Source of the DNA: Chloroflexota bacterium
Lineage (GTDB): Bacteria > Chloroflexota > Dormibacteria > CF-121
Length of the DNA stretch: 64,000 nt
Direction of reading: 5' to 3'
Assembly (NCBI GenBank): GCA_005881215.1
Contig: VBDZ01000001.1
Span: 2,998 to 66,997, forward strand
This document shows, one piece after another, positions 34,102-44,138 of this stretch. The translations under genes and the position numbers were made by a program. Position 1 is the stretch's first letter. Each line of letters begins with the position of its first letter. The notes below the pieces were generated by a model. It made no database searches and had not been told where the DNA came from. It worked only from the letters and a program-made list of their open reading frames with translations.

Positions 34102-35429
34102 TGCTCGAACCCGGGCAGACGACCTTCATCCTGCTGTCTTTCGAAGGCCCCGACGAGTACTCGCAAGCCGGTGGGCTCGGGGTTCGGGTGAAGGAACTGT
34201 CGCGGGCGCTGGCCGAGCGGGGTTACGAGACCCACCTCTTCTTCGTCGGTGACCCCACCCTCCCGGCCGATGAGAGCGCGCTGGAGGGCCGCTTATGGCT
34301 GCATCGCTGGAGTCAGTGGATCAGCCGCTACCATCCGGTGGGCGTCTACGACGGCGAGGACGACAAGGTGGCGGACCTCAACCGCAGCCTTCCCGACACC
34401 GTGGTCAAAGACTTCATCAAGCCGGCGATCGCGCGGGGAAACACAGTGGTCGTCCTGGGCGAGGAATGGCACATCGCTCACGCCATGACGCTGATCTCGG
34501 ATGCGCTCTACTTCGCCGGGCTGCGCGATCGTTGCCTGCTGCTCTGGAACGCCAACAACCATTTCGCGTTCCACCGCATCAACTGGGGTCAGCTGGCGTT
34601 CACCTGCACCCTGCTGACGGTCAGCCGCTACATGAAGCACATCATGTGGCGCTGGGGGGTGAACCCGATCGTCGTCCCTAACGGCATTCCGGGGTCGATG
34701 ATGGCCAGGGTCAGCCAGGCCCAGGTGCGGGCGGTAAGGGCGGCGGTCAACGCGCCGGCGTTTCTCTTCAAAATCGGGCGCTTCAGCCCGGATAAACGAT
34801 GGCACCAGGCGATGGCGGCCGTGGCGCAATTGAAGGAGCGCGGCGTGACGACCCGGATGCTGATCCGGGGCGGCCTGGAACCGTTCGGCGGCGAGGTGCT
34901 CGAGTTTGCCGCGCAGCGCGGCCTTCGGGTGGCCCCGCTGTCCACCCGGATCGAGGATGTCGCCGGCCTGGCCCGGACCCTGAAGGAGAACGCCGACGCC
35001 GACATCTGGAATGTCACGGCGTTTCTCCCGGATGACCTGCTGCCGGTGCTGTACGCGTCGGCGACGGCGACTCTGGCCAACAGCGGCCACGAGCCGTTTG
35101 GCCTGGTCGGCCTGGAGGCGATGGCGTCGGGCGGGGTGGCGTTCGTGGGCGCCACCGGGGAGGAGTATGCGGAACCGTTCAAAAACGCGATGGTCATCGA
35201 GACCGACGACGCGGCTGAGATCGTCGCCTACGTCACCCACCTGGCCGACCATCCCGAGACCGCCCGCAACCTGCGGATCGCGGCCCAGCGGACCGCCCGC
35301 GACTATACCTGGCAGCGCGTGATCGACATCCTGCTGCAGCGGCTGGAGTACGTGGCGATCAAGCAGGGTTTGAAGGGAGCCGCCGACGGCCCGCCGCCGG
35401 CATCGCCCGATCAAGCAATGAGAGGATAG
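34101..35429 (+). CDS. GT4-family retaining glycosyltransferase (GT-B fold)
   Basis: N-terminal FEGPDEYSQAGGLGVRV acceptor-domain motif; C-terminal EPFGLVGLEAMASG (the E-x7-E region). Confidence 0.8.
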   Translation: MLEPGQTTFILLSFEGPDEYSQAGGLGVRVKELSRALAERGYETHLFFVGDPTLPADESALEGRLWLHRWSQWISRYHPVGVYDGEDDKVADLNRSLPDTVVKDFIKPAIARGNTVVVLGEEWHIAHAMTLISDALYFAGLRDRCLLLWNANNHFAFHRINWGQLAFTCTLLTVSRYMKHIMWRWGVNPIVVPNGIPGSMMARVSQAQVRAVRAAVNAPAFLFKIGRFSPDKRWHQAMAAVAQLKERGVTTRMLIRGGLEPFGGEVLEFAAQRGLRVAPLSTRIEDVAGLARTLKENADADIWNVTAFLPDDLLPVLYASATATLANSGHEPFGLVGLEAMASGGVAFVGATGEEYAEPFKNAMVIETDDAAEIVAYVTHLADHPETARNLRIAAQRTARDYTWQRVIDILLQRLEYVAIKQGLKGAADGPPPASPDQAMRG

Positions 35430-35434
35430 AGCTC

Positions 35435-36640
35435 GTGCCGAATTCCCTGGTCATTTATATGGTCGCGCATCAACCGCGGCGGGTCCGCCTCCCCGCGCAG
35501 CTGATTCCCCGCGGCACCGCGCCGGAAAAGATGGACACGCTCATCTTCGACGAGCAGATGGACCGGCGCTATTTCGACAAGGTGGCCAAATACTGCTACC
35601 GTCCGGCCACCGAGCTGTTCCAGTCGCTGGTCGACAAGGGGATGAAGATCTCTCTCGGCTTCTCGGTCTCGCTGCTGTTGCAGATGCGGCGCTTTGGGCC
35701 GGACGTGCTTACCGGCTTCCAGAAACTGGTCAGCCACCCGAACGTGGAGCTGGTGGCGGTCGAACCCTACCACTCCTTCATCTTCTATCTCGATATCGCG
35801 GCCTTCGCCGAGCGAATGGCCTGGGGGAAGCGACAGCTCGAAGAGACGTTCCAGAAGCCGATCGCGGTGACGGATACCACCGAGATGTTCATGTCGAACG
35901 ACATCTATTTCCAGTTGCAACTGAGCGGCTTCAAGGGCGCCGTCATGGACGGGCGGCCCTGGGTGATGGGCTGGCGGGAGCCGACGCATCTCTATCGGTA
36001 TCCGAACGAAGTCATGCGACTCTTCACCCGGCATTACGAGCTCAGTGACGATGTCGGTTACCGGTTCAGCAACCGGGAATGGAACGGCTGGCCGCTGATG
36101 GCGGACACCTACGCCACCTGGGTGCGCCAGGCGATGGGGGAGTTCGTCTTCCTGGCCTGGGATTTCGAAACCTTCGGGGAGCACCATCGAGCCGACTCGG
36201 GCATCTTCCCGTTCATGCACGCGCTCCACGACGACTTCGTCAAGCACAAGATGCAGTACCTCACCCCCTCCGAAGCAGTCGCCACGTTTCCGGATGCGCA
36301 CGAGATGCCCTTGCCCGAATACGGGTGCACCTGGGCCGGTGACGGGGGGATGGATTTCTTTCTCGGCAACGAGGCGCAGCAGGGGATCTTCCGCCTGATG
36401 CACCACATCTACAACAAGGCCAAGCTGACCAAGCACCCGCACCTGATGGACATCGCCATGTGGCTGCTGCAGTCGGACAACCTGCACCTGATCCAGTGGT
36501 TCTCGAAAGCCGGCAGCCAGGCGGAGGTCTCCGCCTACTTCACGCCCGACGAGTGGTGGGAGCTGGGCGCCCTGGGCATCCTGCGCGAGCAGCAGCGGGT
36601 CTACGTCAACTTCCTGCGCGCGATGGACGAGTACGCCTGA
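35435..36640 (+). CDS. Glycoside hydrolase family 57 protein (short form, 401 aa)
   Basis: GH57 region-1 HQP motif (VAHQPRR); WDFETFGEHH catalytic-region motif. Confidence 0.75.
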   Translation: MPNSLVIYMVAHQPRRVRLPAQLIPRGTAPEKMDTLIFDEQMDRRYFDKVAKYCYRPATELFQSLVDKGMKISLGFSVSLLLQMRRFGPDVLTGFQKLVSHPNVELVAVEPYHSFIFYLDIAAFAERMAWGKRQLEETFQKPIAVTDTTEMFMSNDIYFQLQLSGFKGAVMDGRPWVMGWREPTHLYRYPNEVMRLFTRHYELSDDVGYRFSNREWNGWPLMADTYATWVRQAMGEFVFLAWDFETFGEHHRADSGIFPFMHALHDDFVKHKMQYLTPSEAVATFPDAHEMPLPEYGCTWAGDGGMDFFLGNEAQQGIFRLMHHIYNKAKLTKHPHLMDIAMWLLQSDNLHLIQWFSKAGSQAEVSAYFTPDEWWELGALGILREQQRVYVNFLRAMDEYA

Positions 36641-36763
36641 CGCCGGTCACCTGGCCAAACGACCGCCCGCGGTTACCGGGTAAGGCACATTGCGACGCGG
36701 GGAAAACCGGGATACGGTGAACCCTTGCCGCCTGATACTCAGCCCACATAGAATCCGATAGGA

Positions 36764-37192
36764 ATGATGAGGAGGGGACTCCGCGAGGGTGGTGTCCCTG
36801 CACCTCTTCCCGCCAGCGATCTCCCCCCGGTCATCGTGGCCGACGACGACCAGGATGTCCGGACGATGCTTCGCACCCTCCTCGAGCTGGACGGTCACGA
36901 GGTGATCGAGGCCAAGGACGGTGACGAGGCCTGGAAGCTCTGTGTCGACTGCGTGCGGGCGGTGGTCGTCGCCGACATTCAGATGCCGGGTCTCGACGGG
37001 TTGCAGCTCTGCCGCCGGATCCGGCAGAGCAAGTACTCGCCCGACATCAAGGTGATCGTCTACACCGCCGGGATGGCGACGCCGGAAGAGGCGAAGAAGG
37101 CCGGCTGCGACGAGTACTTCCTCAAGACGGACCCCCTCCCGCGGCTTCGCGACAAGGTCCGCCAGTACACGACCGCCCGCCCCGGCCGCTAA
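36764..37192 (+). CDS. Stand-alone response-regulator receiver (CheY-like) protein
   Basis: DDD acidic pocket, phospho-acceptor Asp in VVVADIQMPGLDG, and conserved Thr/Lys (VIVYTAG...K). Confidence 0.7.
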   Translation: MMRRGLREGGVPAPLPASDLPPVIVADDDQDVRTMLRTLLELDGHEVIEAKDGDEAWKLCVDCVRAVVVADIQMPGLDGLQLCRRIRQSKYSPDIKVIVYTAGMATPEEAKKAGCDEYFLKTDPLPRLRDKVRQYTTARPGR

Positions 37193-37267
37193 CGCCTCCA
37201 GGATTCCGAATATCAGCGGTATTCGCCCGCTGCAAGGTCGGCTCGTGGGGTCCGGTTATACGTCTGG

Positions 37268-37930
37268 GTGCCCACCTTTCCCTTGCCTCCGTTACCCGCC
37301 GTCATCGATCTGTCACTGGTGGCGGTCGCGCTGGGTTCACTGTTGATCCTGCGCCTGGCGCATGGCGCCTTGCCCTGGGGACACCTGATGATCGCGGTCG
37401 GGCCGGACGGGCGCTTGATGCGACCCCGCGTCAAGTGGCACCTGTGGTCGATCAGCCGCGGCGAACCGCCGCGTCTGGCGGCCATCGGCGGCTTCGCTTC
37501 GGTCACCCTCGGTTGCGCGGCCGCGGCCGCCGTCGCCCCCCGGCTGGTCGATTCCATCTTCCGGCCGGTGGCCTCGGTGTGGACCATGATGATGATCTTC
37601 ACGGTCGCCGTGTCCACCGTCCTGATCCCATTGGGTCTCTCGGTCCTGGTCCGTGCCCTGCTCGACATGACCGCGCGCCGCGGTTCGATGGTCGGTCTGG
37701 TGGTTGGGATGCGTCGGGACGCCGGCGTCTTCGGCCGTACCTACCGGATCGCGGTGCAGGCCGGCGATCGGGCAATGGCCAAGCGGTTGTGGGCCGAATC
37801 GTTCCGGGTCAACCAGGCCACCTTCGAACGCCTGAGCCCAGGCGACAAGATCAGCGTCGAGTACTCTCCGCGCCTGCGCTACGTCTACAACACGGTTCTG
37901 CCTGAACCGCTGAAAAAAGCCGTTGGTTAG
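37268..37930 (+). CDS. Hypothetical membrane protein (220 aa)
   Basis: GC-biased third positions; 3-4 hydrophobic segments; no known motif. Confidence 0.4.
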   Translation: MPTFPLPPLPAVIDLSLVAVALGSLLILRLAHGALPWGHLMIAVGPDGRLMRPRVKWHLWSISRGEPPRLAAIGGFASVTLGCAAAAAVAPRLVDSIFRPVASVWTMMMIFTVAVSTVLIPLGLSVLVRALLDMTARRGSMVGLVVGMRRDAGVFGRTYRIAVQAGDRAMAKRLWAESFRVNQATFERLSPGDKISVEYSPRLRYVYNTVLPEPLKKAVG

Positions 37931-37944
37931 TTAGACTCTCAGCC

Positions 37945-40900
37945 GTGACGCGACCTCTGCATGTGGCGTTCGTCTGGCACATGCACCAGCCGTACTACAA
38001 GGATGACCTGCAGAACACCTTTCTGCTGCCCTGGGTCCGGTTGCGCTGCGCCAAGGACTACTACCGAATGCCCGCGCTGCTCGACGAGTACCCGACGATC
38101 AAGCAGACCTTCAACCTGGTGCCGGCACTGGTGGCCCAGGTGCAGGACTACGCCGACGCACGCTTCACCGACGTGTACCTGGACCTGACCCGCCGCCCGG
38201 TCACCGACCTGGCCGGCGAGGAGCGCGCTTTCATCACCCGCTGGATGACCGAGTCGAGCCAGATCCGCCGGGTGCGTCAGTATCCCCGTTACCTCGAGCT
38301 GGTACGCAAGCGCGAGGAGGCAGGGGCTCGCGCGGACCTGGCGACGCTCTTCGATGATGCGGAGCTCCGCGATTTGCAAGTCTGGTTCAACCTTTCATGG
38401 GTTGACCCGGGGACGATCGCCCAGGATTCCCGAGTCGCCGAGCTGGTCCAAAGAGGCCGGGACTTCAACGAAGCCGACAAGGAACCGGTGCTGGGACTTC
38501 AGCTCGATCAGACCCGCAGGGTGTTGCCCAAGTATCGCGAGCTCCAGCAACGCGGGCAGGCCGAGCTGGTGACCAGCCCCTATTACCACCCGATCCTGCC
38601 GCTGATCGCCAGCCTCGACGTCGCTCGGGTGGCGCGCCCGGATCTGGCGATGCCGCGCCGACCGTTTCAACATCCCGACGACGCGGCGGAGCAGCTTCGT
38701 CGCGGCATCGAGGCCCACACCCGCGTCTTTGAGACTCGGCCTAAAGGGATGTGGCCGCCCGAAGCGTCCATCTCCGACGATGTCGCGCGCCTCGCTGCCG
38801 AGCAGGGGCTGGAATGGATGGTCAGCGACGAAGGGGTGCTGGCGCGCTCACTCGGCAGTCCCCTCAACCGCGACGGCGACGGCCGGGTGATGCAGCCGGA
38901 GCTGCTCTACGTCCCCTACCGGGCGCAGACCGACGGCCCCCCGATCCATGTGCTCTTCCGCGACAGCCGGCTGTCGAACGCCATCGGGTTCGAGTACCAG
39001 AACCGGGGCGCCGAAGAGGCGGCAACCGACCTGGTTGATCGGCTGCATGACATCCGGCGGCGGCAGCAGGACAGCGCCTGGCTCGCCGTGATCGCCCTCG
39101 ACGGCGAGAATTGCTGGGACTTTTATGAGGGGAACGGCAACGCCTTTCTGCATGCGCTCTATCGCCGGCTGAGCGGCGACGAGGAGCTCAAGACGGTCAC
39201 CGTCTCGGAATTTCTCGCCGAGTTTCCGGCGAACCGCTCGCTCTCCCGGATTCATCCCGGGTCCTGGATCAACGCCAACTTCGACACCTGGGTCGGTGAC
39301 CAGGCGCACAATGCGGCCTGGGACCGGCTGGCCGAGGCCAGGGCGTTCCTGAGCGAGCGCGAACGTGCTGCCGACGACCCCGACCGTCTCGCCACCGCCC
39401 GGCGCGAGGCCCTGATCGCGGAAGGCAGCGACTGGTTCTGGTGGTTCGGCCGCTCCCACGACTCGGGCATGGACCAGATCTGGGACAACCTGTTTCGGCT
39501 TCACCTGCGCAACATCTATATGTCGCTGGAGCAACAGCCGCCCGCGCTCTTCTACCAGCCGATCGTGAAGGAGGCCGACGGCTCGGCGTCCAAGCGACCT
39601 GACCGCAGGATCACGCCCAAGCTCAACGGGGTGGTCGACCAGGATGAGTGGAACGCCGGGGGCTACGTCGACGTCACCGCGCTGTTTGGGGCGATGCACC
39701 CGCCCAAAGGGGCGGTCCGCCGCATCTGGTTCGGCCACGACGAGCGCAACCTCTATTTACGATTCGACCTGCTGGGCGCTCGCGAAGCCGAGCGCGCGAT
39801 CGAGCTCGAGATGCGCTTTTCGGGGAGTGGCGGCCCGGCTTCCCGGCTCGCGGCCCGGCGGGCGGGTTCGGACTTCGAGCTGGAACTCAGCGACCTGGGG
39901 CAGGGGGACGCGCCCCGCTGGACCGGTCGCGCGACTGCCGGCGAGGCGCTGGTCTTTGCGGTTCCGTTCGAGGCGCTCGGTCACCAGCCCGGCCAGACCC
40001 TGGAGATGGTGGCGGTCGCCTTCGAGAATGGAAAGCCGGTCGAACAGCTGCCGCCCACCGGCTCGATCGCGGTGCGGGTTCCGGGTGATGTCTTTGCCGG
40101 ACGGCAGCACCAGCCGCTGAAGATCCTGCTGGTCTCCGCCGAGGTGGCTCCCTTTGCCAAAGTCGGCGGACTGGCCGACGTGGCCGGCGCGTTGCCCAAG
40201 GCGCTGCGCGCCATGGGTCACGACGTCCGAGTGGTGATGCCACGCTACGGCGGCATCGACGTGGAGAAATACGGCCTGCGGCGGATCGTCACCAATCTCG
40301 GGGTGCCGCTGGCGCATCAGCCGGTCAACGCCGACGTGCTCGAGGGCCGCATCGGAGACGACGTGCCGATCTATTTCATCGAGAACCAGCAGTTCTTTGG
40401 TCGGGAGGGGATGTACGGGTTCTGGGACGACGACGCGCGCTTCATCTACTTCAGCCGGGCAGCGCTCGAGATGTTGCGCCCGATCGGATTCCAGCCCGAT
40501 GTGATCCACGTCAACGACTGGCATACGGCGGTGATTCCCAACATGCTGGCCCGTCTCTATGCCTCGGATCCCCTGTACGCCCACATCGCCACCGCCCTGA
40601 CCATCCATAACCTGGCCTTCCAGGGTGTGTTCGGCTACGGCACGCTGCACCTCGCCGACCTCGAGCAGTGGGGATTGATCAAGACCGGCATGCCCGGGCT
40701 GGACGACATCGTCAACCTGCTCGGCCGCGGCCTCTACTTCGCCGACGTGGTCAATACCGTCAGCAATCGCTACGCGGAGGAGATCCTCACCCCGGAGTAC
40801 GGGGAGAAGATGGATCCGCTGCTGCGGCTGTTCCGCGGAAAGCTGCACGGGATCATCAACGGCATCGACTACGAAGCGTTCAATCCCCTCACCGACAGCT

Positions 40901-41604
40901 CGATCGCGGCTCGCTACGACATCGGCAGCATCGAGAAGAAGGTGGAGGACAAGCTGGCCCTGCAGAAGGAAGTGGGGCTGCCGCAGGACGCCGCCGTCCC
41001 GGTGATCGGGCTGATCTCGCGGCTCTACGACCAGAAAGGCCTCGACCTGATCGCCAACATCATGTGGGGGCTGATGCGGCTCAACGTCCAGCTCGTCGTT
41101 CTCGGTGCGGGGGACGCGCGCTACGAGGAGCTGTTCCGAGCCAACGCCCGCGACAACCCGACCAGGGTCTCTGCCACCATCGGCTTCAAGCCGGTACTGG
41201 CCCAGCACATCTACGCCGGCTCCGACATGTTCCTGATGCCGTCGCGTTTCGAGCCTTGCGGACTGGGGCAGCTGATCAGCCTGCGCTACGGGACGATCCC
41301 GATCGTGCGGGCCACCGGCGGCCTGGCGGACACGATCGACGACTGGGACCCGGTGCGCCAGACCGGCAACGGCTTCGTCTTCACCGCCTACGATCACTGG
41401 GACCTGTACGCCCAGGTGGTGCGCGCCGTCGAAACCTTCCGCCAGCCGGCCCTCTGGCGCCGGATGCAGGCCACCGCCATGTCGACCGATGTCAGCTGGG
41501 CGAACTCGGCTGACAAGTATGTCCGGCTCTACCGTACCGCCATGGCCAACCATGCCGAGGCGCGTGAATACTCGACGGCTTCGACCGGCCCTCACGGCTG
41601 GTAG
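37945..41604 (+). CDS. Bifunctional GH57-family enzyme (branching-enzyme/glucanotransferase-like) fused to glycogen/starch synthase GlgA (GT5)
   Basis: The N-terminal ~700 aa carry GH57 motifs (HMHQPYY; nucleophile region KGMWPPE; IALDGENCWDFYEGNG). From about residue 740 the GlgA N-terminus begins (KILLVSAEVAPFAKVGGLADV) with its C-terminal GT-B motifs. Confidence 0.85.
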   Translation: MTRPLHVAFVWHMHQPYYKDDLQNTFLLPWVRLRCAKDYYRMPALLDEYPTIKQTFNLVPALVAQVQDYADARFTDVYLDLTRRPVTDLAGEERAFITRWMTESSQIRRVRQYPRYLELVRKREEAGARADLATLFDDAELRDLQVWFNLSWVDPGTIAQDSRVAELVQRGRDFNEADKEPVLGLQLDQTRRVLPKYRELQQRGQAELVTSPYYHPILPLIASLDVARVARPDLAMPRRPFQHPDDAAEQLRRGIEAHTRVFETRPKGMWPPEASISDDVARLAAEQGLEWMVSDEGVLARSLGSPLNRDGDGRVMQPELLYVPYRAQTDGPPIHVLFRDSRLSNAIGFEYQNRGAEEAATDLVDRLHDIRRRQQDSAWLAVIALDGENCWDFYEGNGNAFLHALYRRLSGDEELKTVTVSEFLAEFPANRSLSRIHPGSWINANFDTWVGDQAHNAAWDRLAEARAFLSERERAADDPDRLATARREALIAEGSDWFWWFGRSHDSGMDQIWDNLFRLHLRNIYMSLEQQPPALFYQPIVKEADGSASKRPDRRITPKLNGVVDQDEWNAGGYVDVTALFGAMHPPKGAVRRIWFGHDERNLYLRFDLLGAREAERAIELEMRFSGSGGPASRLAARRAGSDFELELSDLGQGDAPRWTGRATAGEALVFAVPFEALGHQPGQTLEMVAVAFENGKPVEQLPPTGSIAVRVPGDVFAGRQHQPLKILLVSAEVAPFAKVGGLADVAGALPKALRAMGHDVRVVMPRYGGIDVEKYGLRRIVTNLGVPLAHQPVNADVLEGRIGDDVPIYFIENQQFFGREGMYGFWDDDARFIYFSRAALEMLRPIGFQPDVIHVNDWHTAVIPNMLARLYASDPLYAHIATALTIHNLAFQGVFGYGTLHLADLEQWGLIKTGMPGLDDIVNLLGRGLYFADVVNTVSNRYAEEILTPEYGEKMDPLLRLFRGKLHGIINGIDYEAFNPLTDSSIAARYDIGSIEKKVEDKLALQKEVGLPQDAAVPVIGLISRLYDQKGLDLIANIMWGLMRLNVQLVVLGAGDARYEELFRANARDNPTRVSATIGFKPVLAQHIYAGSDMFLMPSRFEPCGLGQLISLRYGTIPIVRATGGLADTIDDWDPVRQTGNGFVFTAYDHWDLYAQVVRAVETFRQPALWRRMQATAMSTDVSWANSADKYVRLYRTAMANHAEAREYSTASTGPHGW

Positions 41605-41630
41605 CGAAAGCGGCTCGATAGAATCGCCGA

Positions 41631-42881
41631 ATGTTCCGCGGCAAACTGTGGCGTCACGTCGATTTCCTGAAACTGTGGACCGGCGAAACCGTCAGCGAGT
41701 TCGGCAGCCAGATCACGTTGCTGGCGGTTCCGACCGTGGCCATCCTGATCCTTCACGCCGGCCCTTTCCAGGTGGGCATTCTCTCCGCGCTCGAGTTTCT
41801 CGCCTTTCCGACGCTCGGGCTGGTGGCCGGCGTGTATGCCGATCGAATCCGGCGGCGACCCATCATGATCGTGTGCGACCTCGGCCGGTTTGTCGCCGTC
41901 GGCTCGATCCCGATTGCCTTCGTCCTCAACCTGCTGACGCTCGAGCAGTTGTACGTGGTGGCGCTCTTCACTGGCATCTTCACCGTCTTCTTCGACGTGT
42001 CCTATCAGTCGTATCTCCCGGTGCTGGTGGATCGGCCGAATCTGATCGAAGGCAATACCAAGCTGGAAATCACTCGGTCGACGGCGCAGGTCGCGGGACC
42101 GGCGGTCGCCGGATTCCTCATCCAGTTGATCGGGGGCGCAAAGGCGGTTGCCGTCGACGCGGTCTCGTTCCTCTTTTCGGCGCTCGCGCTCGTCTTGATC
42201 AAGACACCCGAGCCTGAACCGCGCCCGAGCACGGCGTCGGGAGCCACCGGTTTCATTCCCGAGATGCGAGAGGGGCTCGAGGTGGTCTTTCGGAGCCCGA
42301 TCCTGTGGCGGATCGCCGGCTGCACTGCAACCAGCAACCTCGGTTCGAACATGGTGTTCGGGGCGGTCCTGCTGGTGTTTGCCTATCGGCAGCTCCATCT
42401 GTCGGCGGCTGTCGTCGGCGTGATCTTCGCGATCACCAGTGTTGGCGGCCTTGCCGGCGCGTTGATCGCCGCCTGGGTTGCTCGCCGGCTCGGCATCGGA
42501 CCCACCCTCGGTTTCTCGATCATGATCGGTGGCCTGGCCTTGCTGGCGACCCCGATCGCGGCCGTCGCGGCGCCGGTCCTGGTACTCGCGGTGACCGGCT
42601 TTATCGGCGGTATCACGAGCCCGGTCTACAACATCGCGCAAGTGAGCTTGCGGCAGGCGATCACCCCCGACCGGGTCCAGGGCCGGATGAACGCCACCAT
42701 GCGAACGATTGTCTGGGGAACGATTCCGGTGGGCGCCTTCATCGGTGGGATCCTGGGCACCAGCATCGGCCTGGTGCAAACCCTCGTTCTGGGTGGGTTC
42801 GTTTCCCTGCTGGCCGCGTTGTGGATCTTCCTGGGTCCGGTCATCCGCCTCAAGGAGCAGCCGGCGCCCGTGATGGCATGA
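41631..42881 (+). CDS. MFS transporter
   Basis: 12 TM helices; MFS loop motif (GVYADRIRRRP). Confidence 0.8.
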   Translation: MFRGKLWRHVDFLKLWTGETVSEFGSQITLLAVPTVAILILHAGPFQVGILSALEFLAFPTLGLVAGVYADRIRRRPIMIVCDLGRFVAVGSIPIAFVLNLLTLEQLYVVALFTGIFTVFFDVSYQSYLPVLVDRPNLIEGNTKLEITRSTAQVAGPAVAGFLIQLIGGAKAVAVDAVSFLFSALALVLIKTPEPEPRPSTASGATGFIPEMREGLEVVFRSPILWRIAGCTATSNLGSNMVFGAVLLVFAYRQLHLSAAVVGVIFAITSVGGLAGALIAAWVARRLGIGPTLGFSIMIGGLALLATPIAAVAAPVLVLAVTGFIGGITSPVYNIAQVSLRQAITPDRVQGRMNATMRTIVWGTIPVGAFIGGILGTSIGLVQTLVLGGFVSLLAALWIFLGPVIRLKEQPAPVMA

Positions 42882-44062
42882 CGGGACGAGTCCTGATCCG
42901 CGACGCGTGCCTGGCCGACGGTTACTCGTCGACCCTGCAAATGGGGGTCAGCCTGATGATCGAGGACGGCCAGATTGCGTGGGTACGGCCAAACGAGGAA
43001 GCGGATGCCGGCGGCGCCGAGACGCTCGATGGCGGCGGCGCGACCATCGTGCCGGCGTTCGTCGACGCCCACAGCCACCTGACGATGCCGGGCGGCAGCC
43101 ACTGGATCGAGCGTGGATCGGATCCTCCCGACCGGTTGCGAGAGGTGGCCCGCGCAAACGCCGCTCGCCTGGCCCAGGCCGGCATCCTCTGGGCCCGGGA
43201 CGTGGGCTCACCGGCTGGGCCTGACGGTCGGGCCGTCAGCCTGCAGGTCCGCCAGGAATTGGCGGGCAAGGCAAGCGCTCCCTACATCCGGGTCGCCGGC
43301 ACCTGGATCGCCACCGATGGCTACCTGCCAATGACGGTCGCCGTCAAGGATGGCGATGGTCTGGTCGCGGCGGTCTCGGCCCAGCTGGATACCGGAACGG
43401 ACTTCGTGAAGATCATGCTGGATCCGCCAGACCGATCCGACCGTTGTCCCTTCACCGTGGACGATGTGCGAAAGGCGTGTGAGGCGGTGCACCGCCGCGG
43501 GCGGAAGATCACGGCGCACGCCACCATCCTCGACGGAGCTCGGGTCGGCGCCGAGGCCGGAGTGGATTCCATCGAGCACGGGATGGAGCTCGACGATGCG
43601 ATTGCCAGGACCATGCGCGCGAACAACGTGGCGCTGGTGTCGACCCTCTCGGTGCTGGCGAGCTGGGCGACGTTCGAACGGACCACGCGGATCGAACGAT
43701 TCACGAGCGAGGAGGGACGGCAACGGCTGGCGGCCCGACGCGAAGGCGCGTTCGCCGCTATCAAGGCCGCCCACCGGGCCGGCGCCCGGATCGCGGCCGG
43801 GTCCGACTTCGGCGGCGGCTCGGTGCGCGCCGGCCACCTCGCCTGGGAGGTGGAGCTGCTGGTGGAGGCGGGGCTCGAGCCGCACGAGGCCCTGGCGGCC
43901 GTCACCTGGCGAGGCGGCGAGCTACTGGGCATCGACCATGCCGGGCGGCTGCGCGAGGGAGACCCCGCTGACCTGGTGCTGGTGCACGGCGACCCGCTCA
44001 GCGACCCACGGGCGTTATGGCGCGTTTGGGCGGTTTTCAAGGCCGGCGAACGCATCGCCTGA
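42878..44062 (+). CDS. Metal-dependent amidohydrolase family protein
   Basis: FVDAHSHL metal-binding motif and HAT/HG downstream motifs. ATGA overlap with the MFS gene; the listed 585-aa ORF N-terminus is an alternate frame. Confidence 0.75.
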   Translation: MTGRVLIRDACLADGYSSTLQMGVSLMIEDGQIAWVRPNEEADAGGAETLDGGGATIVPAFVDAHSHLTMPGGSHWIERGSDPPDRLREVARANAARLAQAGILWARDVGSPAGPDGRAVSLQVRQELAGKASAPYIRVAGTWIATDGYLPMTVAVKDGDGLVAAVSAQLDTGTDFVKIMLDPPDRSDRCPFTVDDVRKACEAVHRRGRKITAHATILDGARVGAEAGVDSIEHGMELDDAIARTMRANNVALVSTLSVLASWATFERTTRIERFTSEEGRQRLAARREGAFAAIKAAHRAGARIAAGSDFGGGSVRAGHLAWEVELLVEAGLEPHEALAAVTWRGGELLGIDHAGRLREGDPADLVLVHGDPLSDPRALWRVWAVFKAGERIA

Positions 44063-44138
44063 GGGAGTTGTTCAACGGTGGCAGCGATAATGAAAACCTA
44101 GGACGGGTTCGGGCGTTTAGCCCTCAGGAGCTTGCGGG

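Noticed and set aside
39757-41595. 612-aa minus-strand ORF (and 38848..39738 minus) opposite the GH57::GlgA fusion
   Set aside because: Antisense to a gene with intact GH57 and GT5 motifs; translation is Asp/Gly/Val/Arg-rich with no domain signature.
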